A stretch of DNA of 64,000 nucleotides from Oculina patagonica (GCF_052425735.1 NC_135759.1:24366001-24430000), one strand, 5' to 3'; shown: positions 11,071-23,580, counted from the stretch's first letter. The notes: generated by a model from the letters alone, not told the origin. Program-made: numbers and translations.

Positions 11071-11976
11071 CTAGTTTCCTTCTGTTTGTTTACATAACAT
11101 CTGCCTTGCTGTCTTTACAACTGCCGCTCGAAGCCCGCGAAGACGCCAGCAATACAAAAATGGATTGATGGACGAGTTACTAAACACTAAAGTGGTAGCG
11201 AATTCACATTCTGGTTGCCAGATCGTCTTAGAAATTCCATGGAAAGTCAAAATGACATATATTGGCAAATAACATATAACTAAGGTTATGTAGAACACGA
11301 AAGTGTTCATCGCACGTCTTTTCAGTCGCAAAATTACATTTCCAGCATTGGAACTTTGAACTGCCTGTTGTTGAGCGTGAATTTGCAACTGATGCCGACG
11401 AACAATAAGATAAATTCTGATGTACGAAAGTGTAGAAATTAAAAGACAAATGACAACTGCAACGCCCAAAATAAACCTATATACCCGAACACTTCCAAAG
11501 CCTAAACCTGATACAAGGAAGCATATCAACCATATGATAACTAAAATATATTTAACACGGGATTTAGTCACTAATGTAGCATATCTCATATGATAGTCAA
11601 GAGCCAGAAATCTATCTACCGTGATTGCTGTTATTGTCGAGAGAGAAACTCCACATAAAGAAGGCCCTATCATCCTCCAAACATGGTCCAAGAAACGGTC
11701 TTTCGTAAGGAGAAGAGCAATATAACTCGGTTGAATAATTATACCAACAAGAATGTCTGAGACAGCGAGACTGCAGAGCAGATTCATTGAAGTTGAGCAA
11801 ATGGAAGGAGTTCTTATTATGGCGGCCAATACCAAAGCGTTGCCCAGAATGGATATGAGCATCAGTGGAGCATTAAGAACACAGTTTGTGACGATAATAG
11901 TTTCAAGAGTAGAGATACCTTCCTTGTCTGAATGACCGTCTGTAGATCCGTTGTTGAGTTTGTTGCTATTGTTCAT
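11071..11976 (-). CDS. Class A orphan GPCR, melanocortin/adenosine-receptor-like, separate family, 301 aa
   Basis: Start at MNNSN (first ATG; the ORF-track start is a GTG). GNALV, SLAVSD, DRF, CYLP, NSSINPFLY; N-glycosylation sequons in the N-terminus. Confidence 0.92.
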   Translation of the reverse strand: MNNSNKLNNGSTDGHSDKEGISTLETIIVTNCVLNAPLMLISILGNALVLAAIIRTPSICSTSMNLLCSLAVSDILVGIIIQPSYIALLLTKDRFLDHVWRMIGPSLCGVSLSTITAITVDRFLALDYHMRYATLVTKSRVKYILVIIWLICFLVSGLGFGSVRVYRFILGVAVVICLLISTLSYIRIYLIVRRHQLQIHAQQQAVQSSNAGNVILRLKRRAMNTFVFYITLVICYLPIYVILTFHGISKTIWQPECEFATTLVFSNSSINPFLYCWRLRGLRAAVVKTARQMLCKQTEGN

Positions 11977-13099
11977 TATCAACGATTTAAAATTCTTTGT
12001 GTACAGCAAAAAAGTGAGCCAATTTTTCCTTATCTTTCCAGCGAAAAAGATGTCAGGGCAAAACTGTTGAAATAGTGAAAAAGACGAAAACACTGTGAAA
12101 ACAACACACCTCAGCGCATTTTCTAAAACAGACTGTGATTATTACTCTTTGTGCTGACGTTTCCTGTGAATTGTGTTCATAACCTATTCATCTTTTTGCT
12201 AAAAAGCTACCCTGGTCTGGGGCGAGATTAAATTTTCAAGAATTGCTCTTACAATGTAAAAATAACTCGTAGAGCGTTTGATTAAATTTTTGGTAATTTA
12301 CTGGGCCTTTTCAGGGGAAAATTACCTTGCATTATCTTGCATTTTTCAATTATAACATACGCTTTCATTGCATCCCTTACTCATCAACCACCCTGCTGAG
12401 GGCCAAGGGGAAAAACATCCATGTGTACGAGTGTACGAACATTAGCTCAAAAAGTGTAAAAAGACAGCTGTAAACAAACTCAATTTGAACATGAACAGAA
12501 GCATAAGCGTACTCTTTTTAGACTTCGCACAGTATAAATCGCTTGTAAATGCAATGGAAAGTACTATATAGAGGAAGGGTTTTCTTTTTGGCTTTCATTT
12601 AAATTTCATGACAATGAAGATTTTTAAAATGAAAATAATAAAGCACATCTTATCTCTCACATTAACGACTGTTAATCCTTCGACACTATGACCGAAAAAC
12701 TTTTCAGAGCACCTCGATTCTGTCAGTGTATGCAGTATATATTTCATTTTATTTACAAATCTCCAGAAATTTACAGCTTACAACTTGAGCTATAACTACA
12801 ATATAACTGACAACCAAGGAAAAAACGAACGTTATTGGATTCTCAAAACGACACAGTTCGGTGCATTTTCTAACAGACTGTGATTCTAAATTAACTCTTC
12901 CTGCTGCCTTTGTTCAATTGCGTTTATAAACTATTCATCTATTTGCTTAAAAGGGGCAACGGTTTGTTGCAAGATTAACATTATAAGGATCTTGAGGGAG
13001 CTGCCAAGCAAATGAAAAAAACCTGCTTGAAATGACTGAAAAAAGCTAACAACGCCTAAAGGAGATCAAAGGTTGGACTGTAAACTTGTATCATCTTAT

Positions 13100-13980
13100 T
13101 TTAAAAGTGCGGATTGGAATAAGCTTCTTACTGCGGTGTAGGACATCACTGATAGATGAATGGAGCATTTTAATCTTGCTCAATCAGGCAGGACTTGCTG
13201 CACCTACAACAATCAGATCCCAGTAAACCCATGTCAGTCATGCAATCCCGAGCATGCAATTGCAATTACCACAGTAAGCGGCATCGAGGGTACCAAGGAA
13301 AGCAAGGTCCATGAACGTGACGACAGTTCATTAGAGGTGTCCAAATCTGGAGGAGTAAAGCACCTCACTCTTCATACCATTCCGCACTCTTCATACCAGT
13401 TGAGAGATTTAAGAGCTTTATCGCAGTCTTGAGGATGCAGTCGTTGTTAACTTTAAAAATCATCTCGTTGTCTTGTATCCAAGCGAGTTCGACCGACCTA
13501 ACAGTCTAGAAGTTCCACAACGTTCACCTTTTTCCAAGAAAAGTAATCAGGAATGACATGACCCAGCAAGATCCTATTTAAATGGAATTCTCTTCCCGTC
13601 AACGCCGGAGCTTAAAGCCATCTATATCATTAAGCTGTCATTCAGTAAGTTTATTAAAAACAGAACTAACAAACCTTATGCCCTTAGTGTTTGAACAAGG
13701 AGTAGATGCAACTTAGGAGATATTTACCCATAAGTACTGATTTAAGTCATTGGCGGAAGGATCGCGCAGCTAAAATTGAATTGAGCAAACATAAATTGAA
13801 CACGATATCCATTAAACTGAAAGCAGAAAAGGGAAAAGCAAAGAAAGCGCCGAGAACACCAATAACAGGAAGCCGATCTTTTCGACAGGGAAAACATAGC
13901 CACCATCCACAAATAAGCGAAACATTAGGAATTAAGCTCGTCACAATCACGTAGCTCGTTTTCTTCAGTTGGAGTTGCAG
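13100..13980 (+). promoter_or_regulatory. Shared upstream module of plus-strand GPCR genes, with a putative 5'UTR intron at 13645-13980
   Basis: Recurs at ~18140-18967, ~21622-22480 and ~29003-29897; its proximal part also occurs at ~6108, ~8400, ~24330 and ~31670. GTAAGT donor and TTGCAG acceptor are at conserved positions. Confidence 0.55.
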
Positions 13981-14049
13981 CCCATTCTTCAAGCATTGTT
14001 TATCATCATCTACCATTGTTTATCATCATCTACCAGGCATTCTTCGAAA

Positions 14050-14988
14050 ATGGCAGCGATATTTGATTCGTTTTGTAGTTCTAATAGCTCTCACTATTAC
14101 CCTGCCGCGCAACAATTCCCGAAGACTATCTACATCTTTGCATGTGTTTTCAACTTGATCATCTCAGTTTCATCAATTCTGGGGAACATTTTGATCTTAT
14201 TCGCTCTTCGCAAGTGTCAGTCTCTACATTCTCCATCAAAAGCTCTGTTATGTAGTTTGGCTTTGACGGATCTTTTCGTTGGACTGGTTGTTCGTCCATT
14301 GTTTATTTCTTATTACTTGATGATCATTTTGGAAATGCCCACTTATTACTGTGTTATAGCTATCACATATGCGAGGACATCAACCTTTATCGCAGCAGTT
14401 TCGCTTGAAACCATTGCCACAATTGCCGTTGATCGGTATCTCGCTTTCCATCTTCGCTTGAGATACCGAGAACTCGTGAAATTTAGACGAGTTGTTTTCG
14501 TTCTTGTTTCCGAGTGGATGTTCGCAGCAGTTTGGTCGGGAATCTGGTTTTGGAATGCATTGGTCAATATGATATTTGGGGCAATCGGTTTGTTCAGTTG
14601 TTGTCTCATAACACCTTTATGCTATATCAGTATTTACCGTGGTCTACGGCGTCATGTTGCCCAAATTCACCAACAGGTAAACTCCAGTTGGTCAACCGAC
14701 TTAAATGTGGTTCAATATAAGAAAACTGTGAATAACATGCTGTGGATTTATGGTCTTCTTCTTGTGTGCTACATTCCACACTTTACATCGCTGCTTGCAG
14801 TACTCGCCATGGGACTTAACAACTCCACTCGGTTTGCACTACATTTTGGTGTCATTACAGTTTATGTTAATTCGTCTTTAAATCCTATTCTATACTGTTG
14901 GAAAATCAATGAAATAAAGGAAAAAGTTATTGCTGATTTAAATGCACTTCGTAACTTTTTGCTAGCTTCATTAGGTTTGGCAAACTAA
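14050..14988 (+). CDS. Class A orphan GPCR, main subfamily, 312 aa, intact
   Basis: Start MAAIF by paralog alignment; DRY, CYIP, NPILY. Confidence 0.93.
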   Translation: MAAIFDSFCSSNSSHYYPAAQQFPKTIYIFACVFNLIISVSSILGNILILFALRKCQSLHSPSKALLCSLALTDLFVGLVVRPLFISYYLMIILEMPTYYCVIAITYARTSTFIAAVSLETIATIAVDRYLAFHLRLRYRELVKFRRVVFVLVSEWMFAAVWSGIWFWNALVNMIFGAIGLFSCCLITPLCYISIYRGLRRHVAQIHQQVNSSWSTDLNVVQYKKTVNNMLWIYGLLLVCYIPHFTSLLAVLAMGLNNSTRFALHFGVITVYVNSSLNPILYCWKINEIKEKVIADLNALRNFLLASLGLAN

Positions 14989-15767
14989 AACTCTAACTAT
15001 TTTTTGTTGGCATATTTCTTCCAGCAATGCTGTCATTTTATTATCAGTATCAAGAAACCGAGCTTATCACCAGTGATGAACAATACCAGTTAAGAGGAAA
15101 CACTACGATTATCGAGGCTTTTCGCCTCAAGGACACTCTGAAAACTTTTCCGAGACCGGAAACCAAGCCAGAAGAGCCTTTGGTATCCAGGATAGGGAGA
15201 TTGTTACCACGCGTAATTTATGCTGGCGCAAACAAAACTTAAAATTACTTTATACCTAATTTGCCCCCTTTACAGTATAAAAATGTCAGCTCATTGTAAT
15301 TTTACTGGCATGTAGCATTCATTGTCCTCACTAGTATGGTAGGGAGACTTTAGTCCGTTATTTGGGAGAAATCTCATTATAGTGGGGAGGAATAAATTGC
15401 GTAGGTGATGTCATGAATAAAATGCAGTAGATTTAATTAAATTGTTGGTCATGTCATGTTCTATTTTATGTCTGTCGGCAAAACCAGTTGGACTGGTTTG
15501 TCATATTCTATTTTTATCTTGGCTGGTATAACTGGTTTGACAGGCTACATTTTATTTTTGAATCACTGATGTAATAGTTGCGCAAGTAATGTGCAATAGA
15601 AGCATCAGTGCTTGTTGTTTTTAATTTTATTCGAAATTGCTTACCCATTCCGTCTGTAATATACACATTGTTTTCAAATAATGGTTTTATACTCGAAGCG
15701 CTTGAGTGAACACGGATAGAAGCGTTTAAAAACTTAGTCCAAAGCAAAAACTTTTACAAAATTTCTG

Positions 15768-16207
15768 TCTCCTCTTCCTCCTCCTCCTCCTCCACCACCA
15801 CCACCACCACTTCCACCACAATTCTATGGTTTTCCAAAACCACCACAATTCTATTGTCATCGACTGCCACCACCACCGCCACAATATCATGGTTTCCACC
15901 ATCATCACCACCACCACAATTTTATGGTCACCACCACCACCACCACCACAATTTTTATGGTTTCCACTACCACCACCACAATTTTTATGGTTTCCACCAA
16001 GACCACCACAATTCCTTTGTTTTTCACTGCCACCACCACTACCACAGTTTCATGCCTCTTCCTCCTCAGTTTTTTTTTTTACCTCTTCCTCTTCCTCTTC
16101 AACAATTCTATAATAGTGGAAGAGGGGAGGAGGGGGGAAGATTAGACTCAAAGGAGTCAAACAAAAAAAATTGAAGGAGGAGGAGGCATGGAATTGTGGT
16201 GGTGGTG
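15768..16207. repeat. Compound (CCT)n/(CCA)n micro/minisatellite with an inverted distal copy
   Basis: Units like ccaccaccacaatt(c/t)tatggttt; 16170-16207 is the inverted counterpart of ~16030-16070. Confidence 0.9.
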
Positions 16208-17086
16208 TAAGACAATAGAATTGCTTATATCGTGCATAGTATACGTATCCTCAATCCAGTGGAAATCCCTAATAGAATATGTATAAAGATGAAGCTGGAG
16301 GGTATTGCACTAATTAGAAGAATGCAGATATAAACGACACTGTTATGTCGTGTTGCTCTATTTATTGTTTAATTTCATGGATAAAATACCAATAACTTTT
16401 ACTTTAATTTTCGTATGGAAAGGCAAAGATAAGGTACCATGTGTACGTACGGTGTTAATCAATGCACTGAGCATTATTGAATTTCGTCCAGTTTATTTTC
16501 CTAAATAAAAAAATTAACTTTTTCGATGTCAGCCGCAAGTTTTTCTGTTTAGAAGCAAGTAAGGAAGTGGCGAGAGTACTCTAGTGCGCTTTTAAAGGCG
16601 AAATTATGGATAAATTAAATTCTGAGTCAATCATTAATTTTCCCTATTTTCATCCACTTTACAAACATGATAAGACAATAATATTAAAACAAAGGCGTCT
16701 AAAACAATATATATTTTTTTTATTGAAAACACGTAATAAATAAAAAACAATCATCAGAATAAAATTGACATAGCCGTCGCGACTTCCTTTAACTTATTCA
16801 AGTTTCTCTAATCAAAATGTTAATTTGCCAGCTTCTTGACATTTAAAAAGTTGAAATTGTCGATATTTGATTGACAGCACTTTAAATTTTTAGTTTTGAA
16901 ATAAGATTTTCCGTAAATATAAGCTCTGTTTGCTTTATAACGTTTCACACGTCATTAACCTGACACCTCAAAACGGCAACTCAGCACGTAGGCTGCCAAA
17001 TCTAGATTGCTAAATAAATACTATTCGTCATTAATTTTTGTGCTATTTTAGGTTGTTATTATCTTATTCATGGCAACAAAAGATGT

Positions 17087-17989
17087 TTAAAATTTTGTAA
17101 GGGCAATAACTTTATCTCTTAGTTCTTTGATCTTCCAACAATATAAAATAGGATTTAGAGACGAATTACAGTAAATTGCTAAGGCGCAAAACTGTAGTGC
17201 AAACCTAGTAGAATTATTGAGTCCTGTAGCAAGTATTGCAAGCAGCGAAGACACGTATGGCAAATAACACACAAGAAGAAGTCCACTGATCCATAGCGTG
17301 TTACTTACAGTTTTCTTGTATTGAACCACATTAAAGTCGACCACCGGTTCATTGAAATTCCTCTGTTGATGAATCTGTGCAACATGATGGCGAAGGCCAC
17401 GATGAATACTAGAGTAGCACAAGGGTGTTATGAGACAGCAACTAAACAATCCGACTGTCCCTGAAATCAAGCTGATTTTTAAATTCCAAAACCAGGTTCC
17501 CGACCAAATAAATGCGAGGATCCACTCAAACACGAGGATGCAAACAACTCGTCTAAGTTTGACAAGTTCTCGGTATCTCAAGCGAAGACGAAAGGCGAGA
17601 TATCGATCAATGGCAATTGTAACGATTGTCTCAAGCGAAACCGCTCCAATAAAGTTTGATGTCCTCCCATACGTGACAGCTATTACACAGTAATATCTGG
17701 GCATTTCCAAGATGATCATTAAATAATAAGTTATAAACAGGGGAAAAACTACCAGTCCAACGAAAAGATCCGTGAAAGCCAAACTACATAACAGAGCTTT
17801 TGACGGAGAATGTAAAGTTTGACACTTTCGAAGAGCGAATAAGATCATAGTGTTTCCAAGAGTTGATGACACGGAGCCGATCACGCTAACAACACAAGCA
17901 AAGATGTAAATAGTCTTCGGGAATTGTTGCGCGGCGGGATAATAATGAGTGCTGGTAGAACTGCAAAATGATTCTGATGTCCCTTCCAT
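17087..17989 (-). CDS. Class A orphan GPCR, main subfamily, 300 aa, intact
   Basis: DRY, CYLP, NPILY; near-identical to 27943-28845. Confidence 0.93.
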   Translation of the reverse strand: MEGTSESFCSSTSTHYYPAAQQFPKTIYIFACVVSVIGSVSSTLGNTMILFALRKCQTLHSPSKALLCSLAFTDLFVGLVVFPLFITYYLMIILEMPRYYCVIAVTYGRTSNFIGAVSLETIVTIAIDRYLAFRLRLRYRELVKLRRVVCILVFEWILAFIWSGTWFWNLKISLISGTVGLFSCCLITPLCYSSIHRGLRHHVAQIHQQRNFNEPVVDFNVVQYKKTVSNTLWISGLLLVCYLPYVSSLLAILATGLNNSTRFALQFCALAIYCNSSLNPILYCWKIKELRDKVIALTKF

Positions 17990-19022
17990 TTCGGAAAGAC
18001 ATATTTTTATACAGATTTCTATTGTCCCTTAACATTATGGTAATAAATATTTGGGTTTCGAATTGGCAACCAAGCCTGAAATATCGCGATGAACCGGGAT
18101 GAACCGGTTCCAGTACTTCCGTTCTTATTCACGTATTACCATAAACGCGTGGACTGGAATAAGCTGCTTAATGCAGTGTTGGACATCAATAATAGATGAA
18201 AAAACTTTTTTCCCTTCCTTAACCAAGCCGCAATATCCAGCTATCCCGGGCGTGCAAATACTACGGTGAACGGCATCGAGGGTACCAAACGGGGAAAGGT
18301 CCCTGGACGTAACAGTGGGCCATCAGAAGTGTCAAATCGGGAGGAGTAGAACTTGTGGCTCTTCGATCTCTTCAATACCAGCTGGAGAATAGGAAGGGCT
18401 TTCCCACGACTTTAAGGGTGCACTCATTGTTAATATTAATAAACGTAATCCCTAATCAGGCTAAAAGCGGCTTAAAGCAACAAAAGTCGGCGTGGTTTTC
18501 GTAATAATTTATACTATCTAAGAAAGGCAATATAGAATAACGTGACAAAAAAAATCCTAATTATGCAAATGAAATACTCTTCAAGTCGTAGAGCTTAATG
18601 TCTTCAATATCATTACGCTGTCATTCAGTAAGTTTATTAAAAACAGATTCAACAAAGCTTATGCCCTCACTATTAGCACAAGGAACATATGCAACTTAGG
18701 AGATACATTTCCCGTTAATACTAAGTCATGTCATTGGCGCAAGGAACACCTTAAATTAAATTGAACGAAGATTAATTAAACACGATATCCATTAAATTGA
18801 AAAGCAAAAAAATTGGTTAACCAATGCCAAGCCCTTACGACAAAAACACTCCAAACAGAAAGCCTCAGTGTCATTTCGTTTCAGAATCGTAGCGATCTTC
18901 TTCAACTACGCGAATGAACATTAAAGTTCGTCTCCACAAGGTAGCTGGTTTTTAGTTAGTGTTGCAGGCAATCCTTAAACGCTGTTTATCAAGTTCTGCA
19001 AGAATTACAGTGCTCTTTTAAA

Positions 19023-19952
19023 ATGGCACCGATGCACGAATCTTTTTGCGGTTCTACTAGTTCTCACTATTACCCTGCTGCGCAACAATTCCCCAAGACT
19101 ATCTACATCTTTGCCTGTGTTGTAAGCGTGGCCATCGCAGTTTTATCAACTCTGGGAAACACTTTGATCCTATTCGCTTTACGAAGGTGCCAGTCTCTAC
19201 ATCCTCCATCAAAAGCTCTGTTATGTAGTTTAGCTTTGACGGACCTTTTCGTTGGACTGGTTGTTCTTCCTCTGTTTACAGCTTACTACTTGATGATCAT
19301 TTTGGAAATTCCCACTTATTATTGTGTCATAGCTATCTCATATGGGAGGACATCAACCTTTATTGCAGCAGTTTCGCTTGAAACCATTGTCACAATTGCC
19401 ATTGATCGATGTCTCGCCTTTCATCTCCGCTTGAGATACCGAGAACTCGTGAAATTTAGACGAGTTGTTTGCATTCTTGTTTTTGAGTGGATCCTCGCAG
19501 CACTTTGGTCGGGGATCTGGTTTACGAATGTGCTGATCACTACGATTTTTGGAGCAATCGGTTTGTTCGGTTGTTGTGTCATAACACCTTTATGCTACTT
19601 CAGTATTTACCGTGGTCTACGGTGTCATGTTGCACAAATTCAACAACGAGAAAACTCCCGTGGTTCAACCAACTTTAATGTGGCTCAGTACAAGAAAACT
19701 GTCAATAACATGCTATGGATTTATGGTCTCCTTCTTGTGTGTTACATTCCACACTTTACAACGGTCCTTGTAGTTCTTGCCATGGGACTCAACGACTCTA
19801 CTCGGTTTGCACTACATTTTAGTGTCATTGCAATTTATGCTAATTCGTCTTTAAACCCTATTTTATACTGTTGGAAAATAAAAGAGATAAAGGAAAAAGT
19901 TATTGCTGATTTATATGTCCTTCGTGACTTTTTGTCAACTATTCTATGTTAA
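19023..19952 (+). CDS. Class A orphan GPCR, main subfamily, 309 aa, intact (DRC in place of DRY)
   Basis: Full 7TM ORF, CYIP, NPILY. Confidence 0.9.
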   Translation: MAPMHESFCGSTSSHYYPAAQQFPKTIYIFACVVSVAIAVLSTLGNTLILFALRRCQSLHPPSKALLCSLALTDLFVGLVVLPLFTAYYLMIILEIPTYYCVIAISYGRTSTFIAAVSLETIVTIAIDRCLAFHLRLRYRELVKFRRVVCILVFEWILAALWSGIWFTNVLITTIFGAIGLFGCCVITPLCYFSIYRGLRCHVAQIQQRENSRGSTNFNVAQYKKTVNNMLWIYGLLLVCYIPHFTTVLVVLAMGLNDSTRFALHFSVIAIYANSSLNPILYCWKIKEIKEKVIADLYVLRDFLSTILC

Positions 19953-21452
19953 ACAAACTAAAACTTAAACTATTTTTGTTTGTATCTTTCTTCCAGTTCT
20001 AATGAAGCAGTGACACAGTGAGTGACAGCTCCAATATCGAAATTTGTAATTTCTCAGTTATGTTGACAATGGAATGCTGTCATAATATTATCGGTTCTAA
20101 TAAACTGAGCTAACCAAGAGTGATGGATAGAATTAGTTAATAGACGGGAAATCCCGCAAGAAAAGCCTCTGACACTCAGGGTTGGATGCCACGCGCAATT
20201 ATACTGGCGGAAACAAAAGTCGTCCGTTCTTTGGTATGACAGAGTCCGGAGACAAACAAACAGAAAGTAGCAGGACTTAATTCAAACGGCATTTTGAATC
20301 GTATAACAATTAGAATATAACGAATGATTATTTACAGGCTAGATGTATTTATGCTAGCATTATTTAAAATAATATGCCAGCCGTTGGTGGTTGTATTCTC
20401 TGTGGCATGGGGAAATGTTTAATTTAGTTTCTGAAGGAATAAATATGTTAGCTTTATAAACAGAATAAATGATTTAGCTTCTCTTGAATCAAAGGGCTTT
20501 TTTTTCTTGTGTTTGAACTTAAATTTATATAGGAGAAAAATAAAAATAATACACGTTGAAAGTGAACTACAAGTGTGCGGCGAAAAGTTTTCGAGTTCCA
20601 AACACACTGAACATATAGAAAACTGGGAGTGGGCTAACAAAAACACGAGGAAGGAAGTTTATTCTGAGAATTTGAAAATGCTTGCGGGCAGAGATAAAAG
20701 ATACTCCAAATCTTATGATAATTTATATTAAAATTTTGTCATTTAAAAAAAATTAACAATTTTAATTAGAATTGTAATTAGACTCGGGCTTTCTTTTCTA
20801 ACTGAATCTGCTTGTATGCGCTTTCAAAACAACTCAGTTTCTCTTCCAAAACTTTCTTCTTTAAAATGAAAACTGACATATTCAGAATGCTTTAAAACTT
20901 TAAACTGAAAGAATACAATTTAAATGGCTGTCGAAGCATCCTTTAATCTATTCAAGTTGCTTCAACCAGAATTTTAATTTGTCAGCTTCTTGCAATTGAC
21001 GTTTAAAAAGTTGAGATCGTCGATATTTGACTGACAGCACATTAAATTTTCTAAGTTTTGTTATGAAAGCATGGATGTTAAACACCAAAGTATTTAAACA
21101 ACGTCATCTAAACTGAGATTGTACCCAAATCAAAGTGAATCTTCAGAATAAAATTTACATAGCTGCCGCAGCTTCCTTTAAATTATTGAAGTTTCTCCAT
21201 TCATAATTTTAATTTGTCAGCTTCTTGTCGTTTGAAACCTTGAGATTGTCGGTATTTGAGAAACAGCACATTTAATTTCCTCAGTTTTGTCGTTATAATT
21301 TCCGTAAATACATGCGCTGCTTGCTTTATTACGTTTTTAACGTCATTTACGTGACACTGCTAAAAGGCAACGCAGCACGTAGACTGCCAAATATAAATTG
21401 GTAAATTAATATTACTCTTTATTAATCGTCTTTATTTAAGCTTGTTATAAAC

Positions 21453-21617
21453 TTATTTATGCCTACAAAATATGCTTAAAATGTTGTATTGCGTAAGGGC
21501 AATAACTTTATCCCTTGGTTCTTTGATCTTCCAACAATGTAGAATAGGATTTAAAGATGAATTACAGTAAATTGCAATGACGCAAAACTGTAGCGCAAAC
21601 CTAGTAGAGTTATTGAG
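21453..21617 (-). pseudogene. GPCR remnant (TM7 and C-terminus) of the 17087-type gene
   Basis: LNNSTRFALQFCVIAIYCNSSLNPILHCWKIKE joined directly to the upstream module; about 0.9 kb deleted relative to 17222-18141. Confidence 0.85.
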
Positions 21618-22532
21618 CACCCTAAACGCGTGAACTGGAATAAGCTGCTTAATGCTGTGATGGACATCGATAACAAATAAAATGACAATTTTCTTCCTTG
21701 CCAAATGGCATGTGCTGCCCCTACAGCTCATTTGACTATTCAAGGTGATGTCATTTATGCCATCCCGGGCATTCAAATACTACGGTAAAAGACATCGAGG
21801 CCACCAAGCGAGGCAAGGTCCCTGATTGAACGTATCTGTAGTCCATCACAAGTGTCCACTTGTGAGGAGTAGAGCTTGTGAATACTAGGCTCTTTGCGCT
21901 CTTCAATACTAGCTGAAAAATTGAAGAGCTTCCCCACGATTTAAAGGAAGCACTCATTGTTAATATTGATATATGCTCCTTTATCATGATAAAAGCGGCT
22001 AAAAGCAATAAAATTGTGGTTTTATTGCTTGAAGCTTTACAACATACTGTTAATTATCTTTAAAAAAAAGTAATCAAGAATGACACATAACAAAACAAGA
22101 TGAAATGCTTTTCTGGTCGTAGAGCTTGATGCTTTCTAAATCATTACGCTGTCATTCATTAGTGTACACTGTAGTGTATAGTGTATAAGTAACGTAACAG
22201 GCCTTACAAAGCTTACGCCCTTTGTCTTTGCACAAATATTCAACTTAGGAAACATACTTTCCATTAATATTGAGTTATGTCAGTTGGCACAAGGACCACC
22301 TGAAATACAAAAACTTGTTAGTCAAAGCCAAGCCCTTAGCAAGACTGAGTCATTCTGTTTCATCATTCATAACTTATCTTTCCTGTCATTAATCGAGACC
22401 TCGGAGCGCTCTTCTACAACCACGCGAGTGAACATCGGTTCGTCTCAATCCGATAGCTGAGTTCCTTGGATTTTCTGGCAGTTCTTAAACATTGTTAATC
22501 GAAATCTACAAGAATTACAGCGTTCTTTTAAA

Positions 22533-23580
22533 ATGGCACCGATTCTCGAATCGTTTTGCAGTTCTACCAGCTCTCACTGTTACCCTAGGCCTGCTGCGCA
22601 ACAGTTCTCGAAGACTATCTACATCTTTGCGTGTGTTGTAAGCGTGGCCATCACAGTTTTGTCAACTCTGGGAAACATTATGATCCTATTCGCACTTCAC
22701 AAGTGTCAGTCTCTACATCCTCCATCAAAAGCTCTGTTATGTAGTTTGGCTTTGACGGACCTTTTCGTTGGACTGGTTGTTCTTCCATTGTTTATTGCTT
22801 ATTACTCGATGATCATTTTGGAAATGCCCAGGTATTACTGTGTTATAGCTGTCACATATGGAAGGACATCAACCTTTATTGGGGCGGTTTCTATTGGCAC
22901 AATAGCTACAATTGTCATTGATCGATATCTCGCCTTTCGTCTTCTCTTGAGATACCGAGAACTCGTGAAAATTAGACAAATTATTTGCATCCTCATTTTT
23001 GAGTGGATCTTTGCAGCGGTCTGGTCGGGAATCTCGTTTACGAATGTACTGATCACTACCATAATTGGAGCAATCGGTTTCTTAAGTTGTTGTCTTGTAA
23101 CAACTTTATGCTACTTCAGTATTTATTACGGACTAAGACGTCATGTTGCACAAATTCAACAACAGGTGGACTCCCTTGAGTCAGCTGACTTTCTTCTTCA
23201 GGACCCAGAGTGCCTGGTGCCACACATGGTGGCTTCCGTCAGGGATCTCCACATTTGCCGGTCCTCTGCCTGTTGTCTTGCTGCTTCCATTGCGAAGCCA
23301 CGCTCCATCAAGTCTTTCTGCACTGTTCTTCTCTAGGTCTCCTTAGGCCTACCTCTGCCACTTTACAACGGTCCTTGTAATACTTACCATGGGACTCAAC
23401 GACTCAACTCGATTTGCGCTCCATTTTAGTGCGATTGCAATTTATGCTAATTCGTCTTTAAACCCTATTCTTTACTGTTAGAAAATCAAAGAAATAAAGG
23501 AAAAAGTCATAGCTGATTAAAATACAATTTGTAACTTTTCGTCAGCTATATTATATAATATAGCTATATATATATTAGGC
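22533..23580 (+). pseudogene. GPCR pseudogene disrupted by a LINE fragment
   Basis: Paralogous through ...ESADF, then a foreign insert replaces most of TM6; the resumed frame has TAG in place of Trp at 23479-23481. Confidence 0.9.
23193..23358 (-). mobile_element. RTE-clade LINE 3' end
   Basis: Minus strand: RGRPKET*RRTVQKDLMERG...AEDRQMWRSL...* followed by a (GAA)n tail, typical of RTE ORF ends. Confidence 0.8.

Noticed and set aside
15768-16070. Repeat-spacer appearance suggesting a CRISPR array
   Set aside because: Low-complexity degenerate units with no unique spacers, no cas genes, eukaryotic context.
15726-16174. His-, Pro-, Thr- and Trp-rich ORFs
   Set aside because: Translations of a trinucleotide satellite in several frames; not preserved in the paralog at 26897.
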